From NCBI RefSeq assembly GCF_000017305.1, contig NC_009664.2, positions 3,750,001-3,782,000 on the forward strand: a stretch of 32,000 nucleotides of DNA. The letters are read 5' to 3'. Below are positions 30,493 to 32,000 of the stretch, one piece after another. How positions within the stretch are numbered: position 1 is the first letter of the stretch; the number at the start of each line of letters is the position of its first letter. Made by a program: the position numbers and the translations under genes. The notes under the pieces were generated by a model. It ran no database searches. It worked only from the letters and a program-made list of their open reading frames with translations, and was not told where the DNA came from. Source of the DNA: Kineococcus radiotolerans SRS30216 = ATCC BAA-149. Its GTDB lineage: Bacteria > Actinomycetota > Actinomycetes > Actinomycetales > Kineococcaceae.

Positions 30493-31808
30493 GGGCGGAC
30501 CTCCTCGTCGGGGAGCGGGGCGGGCCGGGCGGCGCGCGTGGCGTCGGACGGGGCGCCCGCGGGAGTGCCGCGCGCCCCGGTGCGGGTGAGTCTGGCCCAG
30601 ACCTCCGACACGGGGTCGCCGGGGCCGGCCAGCGCCGTGCGCCAGCCCGCGCGCGCCAGCACCAGGTGCGCGCGGCGCAGCCCCGGCCCGTCGTCCTGAC
30701 CGGGCTGCGTCCACGCGGCCGTCCGCTCCAGGACCGCCAGGGCGGGGACGCCCAGCGGTCGCGCCGACAGCAGGGGGGCCACGTCCTCCTCGTCGACCCC
30801 GGCGAGGACCGCGACCAGGAGGGTGGAGTCGGCCCGTCCCAGCGCGGCGACGGAGCGGGCCAGCCCCTCGGGGCCGCCCGGGCGCAGCCGGGCCAGCGAG
30901 CGCAGCAGGCCGCGGACGGCGGAGCTGTCGTCGAGCTCGCGCGGCGGGTCGAAGGCGCCGTCGTGCAGGAGCCGGACGCGGTGCCCGCGCCGGTGCAGGT
31001 GCACGGCCGCCGAGGCGACCAGGCTGACGGCCCACTCCAGCGAGGACCCCGCACCGCGCCCCTCGTGCGCCGCCGCCCGGGTGTCGAGCAGCAGGACGAC
31101 GTCGGGGCGGCCCGGGTGCTCGTCGGAGCGGACCATGACCGCGCCCCGCCGGGCGGTGGAGCGCCAGTGCACGCGGCGCAGGTCGTCGCCCACGCGGTAC
31201 TCCCGCAGGGAGACGTCGTCGAGGGAGGCGGCGGCGGAGGCGCCGGCGGAGGACCCGCGGGCACCCCCGAGGTCGCCCAGGACGAGGTCGGCCAGCGGGT
31301 GCACGCGCGGCAGCACGTCCAGGGTGACGCTCCCGCCGAGGGTGCGGCTGGCGGTGACCAGGCCGAAGACGTCGCGGGCGACGAGCGTGACCGGTCCCAG
31401 CGGGTAGGACCCGCGCACCTCGGCCCTCACCCTGTGCTCGAGGTCGAGGATCTGGCCCTCCCTGAGGCGGGGGACCGGGAGGCGCGCGGTCCCGCCCAGG
31501 GCCAGGGGGACCTGGTCCTCCAGGACCAGGCGCACCCCGGCCCGGGCCCGTCCCAGGACGGTCAGCCGGACGGTGCTCGTGACCCCGGCCTCGACGAGCT
31601 CCGACTTCGACCTCGACACCAGGTCGAGGGTCGCGGCGCTGCGCACGGCGGACCAACCGGCCACCACGAGGAGCACGACGAGCAGGACCCCCACGCGCAG
31701 GACGTCGCGCTGGCCGGTGAGCGGTGCCCCGACCAGGACCACCAGCGCGACCGCCGCGAAGGTCCAGCCGCGCGCGGAGGGGCGCAGGCGCACGGGGCGA
31801 CCGCTCAC
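30489..31808 (-). CDS. DUF58 domain protein
   Basis: 439 aa with a GTG start 7 nt after the MoxR stop. It has two N-terminal TM helices and the hallmark LREYRVGDDLRRVHWRSTARRGAVMVR....GRPDVVLLLD. Confidence 0.85.
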   Translation of the reverse strand: MSGRPVRLRPSARGWTFAAVALVVLVGAPLTGQRDVLRVGVLLVVLLVVAGWSAVRSAATLDLVSRSKSELVEAGVTSTVRLTVLGRARAGVRLVLEDQVPLALGGTARLPVPRLREGQILDLEHRVRAEVRGSYPLGPVTLVARDVFGLVTASRTLGGSVTLDVLPRVHPLADLVLGDLGGARGSSAGASAAASLDDVSLREYRVGDDLRRVHWRSTARRGAVMVRSDEHPGRPDVVLLLDTRAAAHEGRGAGSSLEWAVSLVASAAVHLHRRGHRVRLLHDGAFDPPRELDDSSAVRGLLRSLARLRPGGPEGLARSVAALGRADSTLLVAVLAGVDEEDVAPLLSARPLGVPALAVLERTAAWTQPGQDDGPGLRRAHLVLARAGWRTALAGPGDPVSEVWARLTRTGARGTPAGAPSDATRAARPAPLPDEEVRP

Positions 31809-31815
31809 CGGGGGC

Positions 31816-32000
31816 TCACCGCGGGGAGGGGAGGGCCGTGGAGCGCAGCACGTCGACCACCACGTCGGCGCCCTCGCGCCCGGCCAGCAGGGCGTCCGCC
31901 GTCAGCAGCAGGCGGTGGGCGACGACGGGCACGGCGAGGGCCTGCACGTCGTCGGGCAGCACGTGGTCGCGACCCTCCATCGCGGCGCGCGAGCGGGCCG
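31816..32000 (-). CDS. MoxR-like AAA+ ATPase, C-terminal fragment (5' end outside window)
   Basis: My manual translation of the minus strand gives ...ARSRAAMEGRDHVLPDDVQALAVPVVAHRLLLTADALLAGREGADVVVDVLRSTALPSPR*. This matches the MoxR lid-domain pattern (GR.YV.PDDV..LA.PVL.HRL.L). It is not in the ORF track because it runs off the window. Confidence 0.7.
   Translation of the reverse strand, partial: ARSRAAMEGRDHVLPDDVQALAVPVVAHRLLLTADALLAGREGADVVVDVLRSTALPSPR

Noticed and set aside
25049-31656. Several 900-1150-aa ORFs (25049..27775 -, 27967..30699 +, 28091..31264 -, 21657..26240 +)
   Set aside because: Same GC artefact. Each overlaps a motif-supported gene (dinB, transglutaminase, DUF58, dnaE2-like) in another frame or strand.

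Overview
Very high-GC (about 70-75% by eye), densely coding actinobacterial chromosomal segment. I found no rRNA, tRNA, CRISPR array, transposase or integrase. All family names come from motifs I recognise in the supplied translations; no database search was run. Left third (1-8.6 kb): a housekeeping block whose order matches the M. tuberculosis Rv2182c-Rv2173 region. It holds an EEP-family phosphoesterase, PlsC-type acyltransferase, 6-phosphofructokinase, class II DAHP synthase, a PknB/PknL-like Ser/Thr kinase with four PASTA repeats, a 3xLysM lytic transglycosylase and an Rv2175c-like DNA-binding protein. Middle (8.7-18.6 kb): a carotenoid supercluster in two minus-strand operons. The first is crtE-crtI-crtB. 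The second is a YbaK-like protein, alpha/beta hydrolase, CrtA-like oxygenase, CruF-like hydratase, GT2 glycosyltransferase and a CrtI-family desaturase. No cyclase is present. That second operon is headed by a lower-GC lipoprotein plus PKD-domain secreted protein pair. Most interesting (20.2-27.5 kb): a perfect LexA/SOS box (TCGAAC-N4-GTTCGA) precedes five co-directional genes. These encode a small DUF6504-like protein, a small HEPN-like protein, a 1320-aa DnaE2-like polymerase, a SAM methyltransferase and DinB. No imuA'/imuB is present, so this may be an alternative SOS mutasome cassette with uncharacterised accessory factors. Right end: a DUF3040 membrane protein convergent with a MoxR (partial)-DUF58-transglutaminase operon. 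Many long ORFs in the six-frame track are GC-driven antisense or out-of-frame artefacts and were rejected. Several real genes start well inside their listed ORFs, often at GTG codons that overlap the upstream stop codon (GTGA).
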